Source: Octopus vulgaris
Lineage: Eukaryota
Length of the DNA stretch: 64,000 nucleotides
Assembly (NCBI GenBank): GCA_951406725.2
Contig: OX597836.1
Location: 38,068,001-38,132,000, forward strand
Direction: 5' to 3'
Positions 39,301 to 54,300 of this stretch are shown here, in pieces. How positions within the stretch are numbered: the stretch's first letter is position 1; every line of letters begins with the position of its first letter. The notes below the pieces were generated by a model that saw only the letters and a list, made by a program, of their open reading frames with translations, did no database searches and was not told the DNA's origin. A program made the position numbers and the translations under genes.

Positions 39301-42300
39301 GCGTGTTGTCTATATGAATAGATGAATACATATAAAACATGCGTATATAACGATATATGTGTATATTTGTGTGTGTATGCATGTTTATGCCTATATATAT
39401 AAATTGTTGGCCAGTATTAATGAACATGTAGCGTATAAATATATTGAAATATGTAAGTAGATGTTTTCACTTTTATATAGGTATATATTTATATATTGGG
39501 GCATTTATATATTGGCGTAGATGTATGCCTACTTGGTAAAGATGTGGTCAGAATGATAGCAAGTGAGATAGATAAACAGATGTAGATAAGTGCATTTAAA
39601 TATTAAGAGAGTGCAAGTGCATAAAATTGTATTCCATATCTATACGAGATTGGAGCTGACTAAATTCTGGGATTATTTTTCGTTGGAAGGAGGTCAACCA
39701 GAACCAACTAGAAGGACACCTATAATTGAGACGACAAGAAAGAGCGGTGAGAAATTAACGCAAACTATTTTCTATTTTAGTGGCGGTGTGTGCTGACATC
39801 AATCTTATTGCTATCACATATGATATCATTATTTAGCGAAAGTTATCAATTTGGCATCGATGCACAGGTAGAAATGATTTATTCTGTGCATAGATGAAAT
39901 AGTTATTAAATGGTGTACATACTTTTAGAACGCATTCTTCAGTGATTTGTTAGAATCCTTAATTCTCGCTATATATTGGAAGAGAAGTGTAATGTAGGGT
40001 AAAGTGTATTGTTCATTTGTGTGCGTTGAAATTAGACCTGATAACACATCTATGCACATGCAAATGTAAATATTACTTTTATTTCTCGCAGTTGTGGAGA
40101 AAACTCCAGCACCTGCCATTACACTACCAAAAAAGGGTAAGGCACTTGTACTGCTCCACATCTTGTTCGTTAATAGAGTGTTGTAGATGTATATGAGCGC
40201 ATGATTTTGTTGTGTGTCCACGTTTTCGTGTGAGAGATGTCTTCTGTTGATTATCAGCAAAATTCGATGCTGCTGTTGTCTAAATATGTATAGATTCTTA
40301 ACCTTTTGTCTTTGCCGTATAGTTTTTTCGTGTTTCGTGTATTTTGTTTGCGTTTTGTGCCAGTTGACTAGTTTGGACTTTCGAAGTGAACGTTTGCAAG
40401 TTTCTTGCTGTAAAAAGTATTTGTGTCGAAATTCTTAATACATATTGTGTGTATTTTGTTTTGTCATCATGGAATATTATTTACCTGTAGCTGTTGCTGG
40501 TGGGTTGAATGTCGTGTTTTCTGAAATGAATCAAGTGCAAGTACTTTGTTGTCGTTCTGCTCGTTTCTGTCACGTATTGTTTGAAATTCTCGACACTTCG
40601 TCGCGTACGAGTTTTCAGATAGGTGTGAGGCAGGCAAGAGTTTGCTTTGATTAATGTTTTCCAATGTTTGTTTTTGCGCATATATTCATATGACATACAT
40701 GTTGTGTAAAGTTGTGGTGGTGCTTCGTTGAGATATTTTCGGAATAGAAATGTAGATTTATGTGGTAGCAGTGGATTATTCGATAAGTGATAAGTTATCC
40801 TAATGTTCTCCAGGTGATTGTGGCGGTACAGAATCTGACATCATCTTCATTTTGGACTCATCAACTAGTGTCCAAGAAGAAAACTTCAAGAAAATGCTAA
40901 ATTTCATTGTTGATTTTGTGTCTGCTGCTTCCATTGACAATGGCAATGTTCGAATCGGTGCAGTCCTTTACAGTTCAGACGTGAAAATCCAATTCCATTT
41001 GAATGCTTTCCAAACAAAGCAAGAAGTAATTGATGCAGTCCTCCAAATTCCATATGTTTACGGCAGTACAAACACTTACGGCGGGCTTAACACCATGCGG
41101 ACAGTAATGTTCAGGACAGAGAATGGTGACAGGGCATCCGTTCCCAATATTGCCATACTGCTCACTGACGGCGTATCGAACGTCAATGCTTACGACACTA
41201 TTCCAGAAGCAGTGAAAGCCAGAGAGGAAGGCATCCACATATATGCCATTGGTATTGGTCTAAGTGACACTACAGAATTGAGCCAGATTTCCTCATTACC
41301 TGTTGACGAAAACATGTTTATTGTGACTGACTTCAACGAACTGTCGAATCTGAAAGAAAGAATATTTGAGCGATATTGCCCAGGTATAGCAATTAGCATG
41401 TTATTACAAAGCAGTGTTTTATTTTAAAGCGTTACTAATCAAAGCTATAATCACAGATATTCAACAAAGATATCTTTAACAAGATCTGTTATTGCGTTAC
41501 TTTCAGTCAATGTTCCATGCAAGTATTTACAATTAACGCTGCTCAAAGCCCTAACAACTTCACTCGATGCCCGTTTTATGTAAATTCATACATTTTGCTG
41601 CTTTCTCTTCTATATGCTCATTCACAACGTTTGACATCGTTAGAAGTAAAACTGTTCTACGTCTGATGTTGCTGTTTTAAGCAGATTGAAGTAGCAACAA
41701 GTAAATAACATCTTTTGTAGGTTGTGATAAGTTTCCTGTAGAATCTGCCCTACTAATATCAGTATGAATTACAAGAGAATTTGGAATTCACTGTCTTCCT
41801 TAAAATAATGCAGTTAACATACTAATGCTGTCAACTGGCTATCCATTTGATTCTCCTTCTTTCAATCATCTTATTCTTTATCCATTTGATATTCAGTCTA
41901 TGATCTTGTTTCAACTAAACCACATGATATGCAAAACATTGCTGTTTATTGTCCCCTAATATGTACTTGCTACACTTGCAGTAATTATAATTGTTTCAAT
42001 AATATTTTAAATTGCGCTTTGGAATCTAACATACTTTACTGGATGAAATCGTCTAGAACCGCCAGATATTATAGAAAGTTATTTGCAAGGATGTGTAGTA
42101 ATTTGCTCCTTCCTGAAGAACTATCTACATTTGTATATGTTTCGGTATGTATATATAAGGAAAAATGAAAGCTTTCTGGATGAGGTTGCGCTTCAGTTGT
42201 CTTACATTGCTTATCTAATACACATTATTCCTTGCATAATTTTGAAGGGAAACTAACATTTAATTGATAGAATTTCGATTAATGGATATGATGTGGAATT

Positions 42301-45300
42301 TTCTCAATTTACCTAAAACCTAGAGAAATGCATATGTTATTGAGTGCCGGTTCATACATGTATTGATTTGTGAATTGATTAACACTGAGAAAACTGTGAT
42401 CTAATGCACTATTTCCTACCGCCAAATTTCATTCTACAGCTATGAACTTATATACGCGTGTTGTCTATATGTATAGATGAATACATATAAAACATGCGTA
42501 TATAACGATATATGTGTATATTTGTGTGTGTATGCATGTTTATGCCTATATATGTAAATTGTTGGCCAGTATCAATGAACATGTAGCGTATAAATATATT
42601 GAAATATGTAAGTAGATGTTTTCACTTTTATATAGGTATATATATTTATATATTGGGGCATTTATATATTGGCGTAGATGTATGCCTACTTGGTAAAGAT
42701 GTGGTCAGAATGATAGCTAGTGAGATAGATAAACAGATGTAGATAAGTGCATTTAAATATTAAGAGAGTGCAAGTGGAATAAAATTGTATTCCATATCTA
42801 TACGAGATTGGAGCTGACTAAATTCTGGGATTATTTTTCGTTGGAAGGAGGTCAACCAGAACCAACTAGAAGGACACCTATAATTGAGACGACAAGAAAG
42901 AGAGGTGAGACATTAACGCAAACTATTTTCTATTTTAGTAGCGGTGTGTGCTGACGTCAATCTTATTGCTATCACATATGATATCATTATTTAGCGAAAG
43001 TTATCAATTTGGCATCGATGCGCAGGTAGAAATGATTAATTCTGTGCATAGTTATTAAATGGTGTACATATTTTTAGAACGCATTCTTCAGTGATTTGTT
43101 AGAATCCTTAATTCTCGCTATATATTGGAAGAGAAGTGTAATGTAGGGTAAAGTGTATTGTTCACTTGTGTGCGTTGAAATTAGACCTGATAACACATCT
43201 TTGCACATGCAAATGTAAATATTACTTTTATTTCTCGCAGTTGTGGAGAAAACTCCAGCACCTGCCATTACACTACCAACAAAGGGTAAGGCACTTGTAC
43301 TGCTCCACATCTTGTTCGTTAATAGAGTGTTGTAGATGTATATGAGCGCATGATTTTGTTGTGTGTCCACGTTTTCTGTGAGAGATGTCTTCTGTTGATT
43401 ATCAGCAAAATTCGATGCTGCTGTTGTCTAAATATGTATAGATTCTTAACCTTTTGTCTTTGCCGTATAGTTTTTTCGTGTTTCGTGTATTTTGTTTGCG
43501 TTTTGTGCCAGTTGACTAGTTTGGACTTTCGAAGTGAACGTTTGCAAGTTTCTTGCTGTAAAAAGTATTTGTGTCGAAATTCTTAATACATATTGTGTGT
43601 ATTTTGTTTTGTCATCATGGAATATTATTTACCTGGAGCTGTTGCTGGTGGGTTGAATGTCGTGTTTTCTGAAATGAATCAAGTGCAAGTACTTTGTTGT
43701 CGTTCTGCTCGTTTCTGTCACGTATTGTTTGAAATTCTCGACACTTCGTCGCGTACGAGTTTTCAGATAGGTGTGAGGCAGGCAAGAGTTTGCTTTGTTT
43801 AATGTTTTCCAATGTTTGTTTTTGCGCATATATTCATATGACATACATGTTGTGTAAAGTTGTGGTGGTGCTTCGTTGAGATATTTTCGGAATAGAAATG
43901 TAGATTTATGTGGTAGCAGTGGATTATTCGATAAGTGATAAGTTATCCTAATGTTCTCCAGGTGATTGTGGCGGTACAGAATCTGACATCATCTTCATTT
44001 TGGACTCATCAACTAGTGTCCAAGAAGAAAACTTCAAGAAAATGCTAAATTTCATTGTTGATTTTGTGTCTGCTGCTTCCATTGACAATGGCAATGTTCG
44101 AATCGGTGCAGTCCTTTACAGTTCAGACGTGAAAATCCAATTCCATTTGAATGCTTTCCAAACAAAGCAAGAAGTAATTGATGCAGTCCTCCAAATTCCA
44201 TATGTTTACGGCAGTACAAACACTTACGGCGGGCTTAACACCATGCGGACAGTAATGTTCAAGACAGAGAATGGTGACAGGGCATCCGTTCCCAATATTG
44301 CCATACTGCTCACTGACGGCGTATCGAACGTCAATGCTTACGACACTATTCCAGAAGCAGTGAAAGCCAGAGAGGAAGGCATCCACATATATGCCATTGG
44401 TATTGGTCTAAGTGACACTACAGAATTGAGCCAGATTTCCTCATTACCTGTTGACGAAAACATGTTTATTGTGACTGACTTCAACGAACTGTCGAATCTG
44501 AAAGAAAGAATATTTGAGCAGTATTGCCCAGGTATAGCAATTAGCATGTTATTACAAAGCGGTGTTTTATTTTAAAGCGTTACTAATCAAAGCTATAATC
44601 ACAGATATTCAACAAAGATATCTTTAACAAGATCTGTTATTGCGTTACTTTCAGTCAATGTTCCATGCAAGTATTTACAATTAACGCTGCTCAAAGCCCT
44701 AACAACTTCACTCGATGCCCGTTTTATGTAAATTCATACATTTTGCTGCTTTCTCTTCTATATGCTCATTCACAACGTTTGACATCGTTAGAAGTAAAAC
44801 TGTTCTACGTCTGATGTTGCTGTGTTAAGCAGATTGAAGTAGCAACAAGTAAATAACATCTTTTGTAGGTTGTGATAAGTTTCCTGTAGAATCTGCCCTA
44901 CTAATATCAGTATGAATTACAAGAGAATTTGGAATTCACTGTCTTCCTTAAAATAATGCAGTTAACATACTAATGCTGTCAACTGGCTATCCATTTGATT
45001 CTCCTTCTTTCAATCATCTTATTCTTTATCCATTTGATATTCAGTCTATGATCTTGTTTCATCTAAACCACATGATATGCAAAACATTGCTGTTTATTGT
45101 CCCCTAATATGTACTTGCTACACTTGCAGTAATTATAATTATTTCAATAATATTTTAAATTGCGCTTTGGAATCTAACATACTTTACTGGATGAAATCGT
45201 CTAGAACCGCCAGATATTATAGAAAGTTATTTGCAAGGATGTGTAGTAATTTGCTCCTTCCTGAAGAACTATCTACATTTGTATATGTTTCGGTATGTAT

Positions 45301-48300
45301 ATATAAGGAAAAATGAAAGCTTTCTGGATTAGGTTGCGCTTCAGTTGTCAGTGCCGGTTCATACATGTATTCATTTGTGAATTGATTAACGCTGAGAAAA
45401 CTGTGATCTAATGCACTATTTCCTACCGCCAAATTTCATTCTACAACTATGAACTTATATACGCGTGTTGTCTATATGTATAGATGAATACATATAAAAC
45501 ATGCGTATATAACGATATATGTGTATATTTGTGTGTGTATGCATGTTTATGCCTATATATGTAAATTGTTGGCCAGTATCAATGAACAGAGAGGAAGGCA
45601 TCCACATATATGCCATTGGTGTTGGTCTCAGTGACACTACAGAATTGAGCCAGATTTCCTCATTACCTGTTGACGAAAACATGTTTATTGTGACTGACTT
45701 CAACGAACTGTCGAATCTGAAAGAAAGAATATTTGAGCAATATTGCCTAGGTATAGCAATTAGCATGTGATTACAAAACGAAGTTGTATTGTAAAGCATT
45801 ACTAATTAATAATATAATCTCAGCTATTCTACAAAGATATATTTAACACCATCTCCTACTGTGTTACTTTCAAGTCTGAGCTTTAGTTAACGTTTTGTGC
45901 AAGTATTTACCATTGACGTTTCTAACGACGCTAACAATCTCTCGTAACGTGAATTGTTTTTAGCAACATACCTTTTGTTGCCTTCTGTTGTCTATCTTCA
46001 TTTCCAACGACTCACACCCTTAATGGAAAGTTTGTATGTTTGATATTGCTGTGTTAAGTGGAAGTAATTATGAATAAGTAAATAACATGTTTTATAAATG
46101 GTGATAATCGAGTAGGAAGTTTCCTTCCGAATCTCTCTTACTAATATACCCATATGTTACTAGATAAACAACATTTCTTTGTGTCTTTATGAAAATAATG
46201 CTGTTGGTATTTGCTTCTCCTTCCTCAATATTCTTATTTCTTTCAAATGTGATATACAGTTCATGTTTTTACTACATCTAAATCATATTGCCCTTCCTAA
46301 TATATTTTAACTACACTTGACATAATTACAATGATTTTTCTAATGTTTATAATTGTGTTGTCGAATGTAACATTGATTACTGGATGAAAGCTTGTAGAAC
46401 TTCAGGATGTTATAGAAAATCCACTTGCAATGGTCTACAATAATACGTTTACTCATTATAAGCGTTTAAGTTGATATGTACCAGCTCCTATCTTAATTTA
46501 TATACTTTGAAATTATTTTTGTTTCCACTACTAATGACGTTGATTAAACTTAACGACTGAAATCTTACCAATTTCTTCTTATCTAACATATAATATTCCT
46601 TGTATAGTTTTGAAAAGACTCTAACATTTCATTCATATAATTTGAGATAATGAATATTGTATTGCGTTATTTTCAAGAACCTACTCTACTTTCAAGAGAT
46701 GTGTATTTCGTACATAGTTTATGTATTTGTGAAAAGCTTAATTCAATCTGACAACGCATGTAGTCTGAGAAAGTGTGGCGTAATGCATTATTTCCTATAC
46801 GGCAACTTGTTGTATACCTATCGTGTAATATATATGTTTTCTCTACATTTATACATGAATACAAAGATACATACATCCATATATATATAAATAGCTAGAT
46901 TGATATATAAATAAGTTCCAGTGTAGGTATGCATTTACTCACATGTGAATATATCTTGTCAGTATATTGGCGTATATCTGTATGGATATATGTACATGTG
47001 CATGTGCATAAATATGTTTTCCATTATGCTGAAATGCATTTTTTTACGTGTATTTACGTCTAGATAAGTATACTTCTATTTACGTGCAAATGTGGGGTGA
47101 GTGATTCATTGTCAGATAGATAAACTCATGTACAGGTGTGTGCTTGATAGTTGGAGTGTGAGAGAGCATTACACTTGCATTCAATATAGATATATATGGG
47201 AGTATTACTAAGTTTTGTGATTATTTTTCCTTGGAAGGAGGGCAACCAGAACCTACTAGACAGCCACCTATAATTGAGATGACGACAAAGAGAGGTGAGA
47301 CATTAAGAAACCCTTTATTGCCTTTTAGTAAACGTATATGCTGACATCCATCTTATTCTCATCACGTTTGATATCAATGTGTAGCAAAGATTTTAATAGC
47401 CAATGTACAACCAGTAAGGATTTACTTTCTACATAAAGATAGTAGGTGTGAATTGTTATATAGATTTTCCATATGTTTTCATTCAGAGAATTATTACAAG
47501 CAGTGATTCTCACTATTCATTGAGAGAAGATAGTAATGTGGAGTAAAGTGTATTGTTTGTGTGTGTGTGTACAAAGAAGACTTGACAACAGATGTTAGTA
47601 CATGGAACAATAAATGTTAATTTTGTTTCTCGCAGTTGTGGAGAAAACTCCGGCACCTGCCATTACATTACCAACAAAGGGTAAGGCTCTCGTACTGCTC
47701 AACATATTCTTTGTTAATAGAGTGTTGTAGATTTGTATGTGTTCATGTTGTTGGTGGGCGTACATGGTTACATGTTATAGGGTATTGTTATTGACGAGAA
47801 TTATGTTGGTTATCAGAGAAACTCAGTGCTTTTGTCTATATGTGTATTGATTTTTAGACATTTGTCTTTGCTATATATGTGAGTTTTGTATTTCTCGTTC
47901 AGTGTTTTCGCAAGTTGTCTAATATGGAAATTTGAAACGAATGTTCGGATGCTTCTTCCAGTGAATGTTAGATGTTGAATGCCTGCAATTTCTTCGTATA
48001 TAATTGAGTGTTCTTTTGTTTTCTTTTGTCAATATGGAACGCGATTTTCCATGCAACACTGTCGCTGCAGGATTCCACATCGTTTCGGTTGAAGTGTATG
48101 TGATAACATTTGTTTGTTGTTGTTCTGATAGTTCCTGTCATGTTTCGTCTTCAATTGTTGATACTCTGTTGTGAACCAGTTTTGAGGTAGTTGTGATGAA
48201 ATATCTTGTTTTGTTTTGTGAGTTTTCAGATGTTTGTATTTTCGGAACTGTTTTTGTGCATAAGTACATGTAGTGTAAAATTGTAACTTTGCGTCATTGA

Positions 48301-51300
48301 AATAGTTTTGAAATAGTATTGTAGATATATGTGTTGGCCGTGTATTACTGGATAGGTGATAAGTTATCCTAATGTTCTCCAGGTGATTGTGGTGCTACAG
48401 AATCTGACATCATCTTCATTTTGGACTCATCAACTAGTGTCCAAGAAGAAAACTTCAAGAAAATGCTAAATTTCATTGTTGATTTTGTGTCTGCTGCTTC
48501 CATTGACAATGGCAATGTTCGAATCGGTGCAGTCCTTTACAGTTCAGACGTGAAAATCCAATTCCATTTGAATGCTTTCCAAACAAAGCAAGAAGTAATC
48601 GATGCAGTCCTCCAAATTCCATATGTTTACGGCAGTACAAACACTTACGGCGGGCTTAACACCATGCGGACAGTAATGTTCACGACAGAGAATGGTGACA
48701 GGCCGTCCGTTCCCAATATTGCCATTCTGCTCACCGACGGCGTATCGAACGTCAATGCTTACGACACTATTCCAGAAGCAAAGAAAGTGAGAGAGGATGG
48801 CATCCACATATATGCTATTGGTATTGGTCTCAGTGACACTACAGAATTGAGCCAGATTTCCTCATTACCTGTTGACGAAAACATGTTTATTGTGACTGAC
48901 TTCAACGAACTGTCGAATCTGAAAGAAAAAATATTTGAGCAATATTGCCCAGGTATAGCAATTAGCATGTGATTACAAAACGAAGTTGTATTGTAAAGCA
49001 TTACTAATCAATGATATAATCTCAGCTATTCTACAAAGATATATTTAACACCATCTCCTACTGTGTTACTTTCAAGTCTGAGCTTTAGTTAATGTTTTGT
49101 GCAAGTATTTACCATTGACGTTTCTAACGACGCTAACAATCTCTCGTAACGTGAATTGTTTTTAGCAACATACCTTTTGTTGCCTTCTGTTGTCTATCTT
49201 CATTTCCAATGACTCACACCCTTAATGGAAAGATTGTATGTTTGATATTGCTGTGTTAAGTGGAAGTAATTATGAATAAGTAAATAACATGTTTTATAAA
49301 TGGTGATAAACGAGTAGGAAGTTTCCTTCCGAATCTCTCTTACTAATATACCCATATGTTACTAGATAAACAACATTTCTTTGTGTCTTTATGAAAATAA
49401 TGCTGTTAATGTACTAATGCTGTTGGTATTTGCTTCTCCTTCCTCAATATTCTTATTTCTTTCAAATGTGATATACAGTTCATTTTTTTACTACATCTAA
49501 ATCATATTGCCCTTCCTAATATATTTTAACTACACTTGACATAATTACAATGATTTTTCTAATGTTTATAATTGTGTTGTCGAATGTAACATTGATTACT
49601 GGATGAAAGCTTGTAGAACTTCAGGATATTATAGAAAATCCACTTGCAATGGTCTACAATAATACGTTTACTCATTATAAGCGTTTAAGTTGATATGTAC
49701 CAGCTCCTATCTTAATTTATATACTTTGAAATTATTTTTGTTTCCACTACTAATGACGTTGATTAAACTTAACGACTGAAATCTTACCAATTTCTTCTTA
49801 TCTAACATATAATATTCCTTGTATAGTTTTGAAAAGACTCTAACATTTCATTCATATAATTTGAGATAATGAATATTGTATTGCGTTATTTTCAAGAACC
49901 TACTCTACTTTCAAGAGATGTGTATTTCGTACATAGTTTATGTATTTGTGAAAAGCTTAATTCAATCTGACAACGCATGTAGTCTGAGAAAGTGTGGCGT
50001 AATGCATTATTTCCTATACAGGCAACTTGTTGTATACCTATCGTGTAACATATATGTTTTCTCTACATTTATACATGAATACAAAGATACATACATCCAT
50101 ATATATATGAATAGCTAGCTAGATATATATATAAGTTCCAGTGTAGGTATGCATTTACTCACATGTGTATATATCTTGTCAGTATATTGGCGTATATCTG
50201 TATGGATATATGTACATGTGCATGTGCATAAATATGTTCTCCAATATGCTGAAATGCATTTTTTTACGTGTATTTACGTCTAGATAAGTATGCTTCTATT
50301 TACGTGCAAATGTGGGGTGAGTGATTCATTGTCAGATAGATAAACTCATGTACAGGTGTGTGCTTGATAGTTGGAGTGTGAGAGAGCATTACACTTGCAT
50401 TCAATATAGATATATATGGGAGTATTACTCAGTTTTGTGATTATTTTTCCTTGGAAGGAGGGCAACCAGAACCTACTAGACAGCCACCTATAATTGAGAT
50501 GACGACAAAGAGAGGTGAGACATTAAGAAACTCTTTATTGCCTTTTAGTAAACGTATATGCTGACATCCATCTTATTCTCATCACGTTTGATATCAATGT
50601 GTAGCAAAGATTTTAATAGGCAATGTACAACCAGTAAGGATTTACTTTCTACATAAAGATAGTAGGTGTGAATTGTTATATAGATTTTCCATATGTTTTC
50701 ATACAAAGAATTATTACAAGCAGTGATTCTCACTATTCATTGAGAGAAGATTGTAATGTGGAGTAAAGTGTATTGTTTGTGTGTGTGTGTAGAAAGAAGA
50801 CTTGACAACTGATGTTTGTACATGGAACAGTAAATGTTAATTTTATTTCTCGCAGTTGTGGAGAAAACTCCAGCACCTGCCATTACATTACCAACAAAGG
50901 GTAAGGCTCTCGTACTGCTCAACATATTCTTTGTTAATAGAGTGTTGTAGATTTGTATGTGTTCATGTTGTTGGTGGGCGTACACGTTTACATGTTATAG
51001 GGTATTGTTATTGCCGAGAATTATGTTGGTTATCAGAGAAACTCAGTGCTTTTGTCTATATGTGTATTGATTTTTAGACATTTGTCTTTGCTATATATGT
51101 GAGTTTTGTATTTCTCGTTCAGTGTTTTCGCAAGTTGTCTAATATGGAAATTTCAAACGAATGTTCAGATGCTTCTTCCAGTGAATGTTAGATGTTGAAT
51201 GCCTGCAATTTCTTCGTATATAATTGAGTGTTCTTTTGTTTTCTTTTGTCAATATGGAACGCGATTTTCCATGCAACACTGTCGCTGCAGGATTCCACAT

Positions 51301-54300
51301 CGTTTCGGTTGAAGTGTATGTGATAACATTTGTTTGTTGTTGTTCTGATAGTTCCTGTCATGTTTCGTCTTCAATTGTTGATACTCTGTTGTGAACCAGT
51401 TTTGAGGTAGTTGTGATGAAATATCTTGTTTTGTTTTGTGAGTTTTCAGATGTTTGTATTTTCGGAACTGTTTTTGTGCATAAGTACATGTAGTGTAAAA
51501 TTGTAACTTTGCGTCATTGAAATAGTTTTGAAATAGTATTGTAGATATATGTGTTTGCCGTGTATTACTGGATAGGTGATAAGTTATCCTAATGTTCTCC
51601 AGGTGATTGTGGTGCTACAGAATCTGACATCATCTTCATTTTGGACTCATCAACTAGTGTCCAAGAAGAAAACTTCAAGAAAATGCTAAATTTCATTGTT
51701 GATTTTGTGTCTGCTGCTTCCATTGACAATGGCAATGTTCGAATCGGTGCAGTCCTTTACAGTTCAGACGTGAAAATCCAATTCCATTTGAATGCTTTCC
51801 AAACAAAGCAAGAAGTAATCGATGCAGTCCTCCAAATTCCATATGTTTACGGCAGTACAAACACTTACGGCGGGCTTAACACCATGCGGACAGTAATGTT
51901 CACGACAGAGAATGGTGACAGGCCGTCCGTTCCCAATATTGCCATTCTGCTCACCGACGGCGTATCGAACGTCAATGCTTACGACACTATTCCAGAAGCA
52001 AAGAAAGTGAGAGAGGATGGCATCCACATATATGCTATTGGTATTGGTCTCAGTGACACTACAGAATTGAGCCAGATTTCCTCATTACCTGTTGACGAAA
52101 ACATGTTTATTGTGACTGACTTCAACGAACTGTCGAATCTGAAAGAAAAAATATTTGAGCAATATTGCCCAGGTATAGCAATTAGCATGTGATTACAGAA
52201 CGAAGTTGTATTGTAAAGCATTACTAATCAATGATATAATCTCAGCTATTCTACAAAGATATATTTAACACCATCTCCTACTGTGTTACTTTCAAGTCTG
52301 AGCTTTAGTTAACGTTTTGTGCAAGTATTTACCATTGACGTTTCTAACGACGCTAACAATCTCTCGTAATGTGTATTGTTTTTCGCAACATACCTTTTGT
52401 TGCCTTCTGTTGTCTATCTTCATTTCCAACGACTCACACCCTTAATGGAAAGATTGTATGTTTGATATTGCTGTGTTAAGTGGAAGTAATTATGAATAAG
52501 TAAATAACATGTTTTATAAATGGTGATAATCGAGTAGGAAGTTTCCTTCCGAATCTCTCTTACTAATATACCCATATGTTACTAGATAAACAACATTTCT
52601 TTGTGTCTTTATGAAAATAATGCTGTTAATGTACTAATGCTGTTGGTATTTGATTCTCCTTCCTCAATATTCTTATTTCTTTCAAATGTGATATACAGTT
52701 CATGTTTTTACTACATCTAAATCATATTGCCCTTCCTAATATATTTTAACTACACTTGACATAATTACAATGAATTTTCTAATGTTTATAATTGTGTTGT
52801 CGAATGTAACGTTGATTACTGGATGAAAGCTTGTAGAACTTCAGGATATTATAGAAAATCCACTTGCAATGGTCTACAATAATACGTTTACTAATTATAA
52901 GCGTTTAAGTTGATATGTACCAGCTCCTATCTTAATTTATATACTTTGAAATTATTTTTGTTTCCACTACTAATGACGTTGATTAAACTTAACGACTGAA
53001 ATCTTACCAATTTCTTCTTATCTAACATATAATATTCCTTGTATAGTTTTGAAAAGACTCTAACATTTCATTCATATAATTTGAGATAATGAATATTGTA
53101 TTGCGTTATTTTCAAGAACCTACTCTACTTTCAAGAGATGTGTATTTCGTACATAGTTTATGTATTTGTGAAAAGCTTAATTCAATCTGACAACGCATGT
53201 AGTCTGAGAAAGTGTGGCGTAATGCATTATTTCCTATACAGGCAACTTGTTGTATACCAATCGTGTAACATATATGTTTTCTCTACATTTATACATGAAT
53301 ACAAAGATACATACATCCATATATATTTATATGAATGGCTAGCTAGATATATATATAATTTGCAGTGTAGGTATGCATTTACTCACATGTGTATATATCT
53401 TGTCAGTATATTGGCGTATATCTGTATAGATATATGTACATGTGCATAAATATGTTTTCCAATATGCTGAAATGCATCTTTTTACGTGTATTTACGTCTA
53501 GATAAGTATGCTTCTATTTACGTGCAAATGTGGGGTGAGTGATTCATTGTCAGATAGATAAACTCATGTACAGGTGTGTGCTTGATAGTTGGAGTGTGAG
53601 AGAGCATTACACTTGCATTCAATATAGATATATATGGGAGTATTACTAAGTTTTGTGATTATTTTTCCTTGGAAGGAGGGCAACCAGAACCTACTAGACA
53701 GCCACCTATAATTGAGATGACGACAAAGAGAGGTGAGACATTAAGAAACCCTTTATTGCCTTTTAGTAAACGTATATGCTGACATCCATCTTATTCTCAT
53801 CACGTTTGATATCAATGTGTAGCAAAGATTTTAATAGCCAATGTACAACCAGTAAGGATTTACTTTCTACATAAAGATAGTAGGTGTGAATTGTTGTATA
53901 GATTTTCCATATGTTTTCATTCAGAGAATTATTACAAGCAGTGATTCTCACTATTCATTGAGAGAAGATAGTAATGTGGAGTAAAGTGTATTGTTTGTGT
54001 GTGTGTGTAGAAAGAAGACTTGACAACAGATGTTTGTACATGGAACAGTAAATGTTAATTTTATTTCTCGCAGTTGTGGAGAAAACTCCGGCACCTGCCA
54101 TTACATTACCAACAAAGGGTAAGGCTCTTGTACTGCTCAACATATTCTTTGTTAATAGAGTGTTGTAGATTTGTATGTGTTCATGTTGTTGGTGGGCGTA
54201 CATGTTTACATGTTATAGGGTATTGTTATTGACGAGAATTATGTTGGTTATCAGAGAAACTCAGTGCTTTTGTCTATATGTGTATTGATTTTTAGACATT

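Larger units (their letters stand above)
36890..45590 (+). repeat. Tandem sub-array B1, ~3 units, period ~3150 bp
   Basis: VWA exons at 37658, 40814, 43962 (spacing 3156, 3148) with highly similar introns. Confidence 0.93.
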
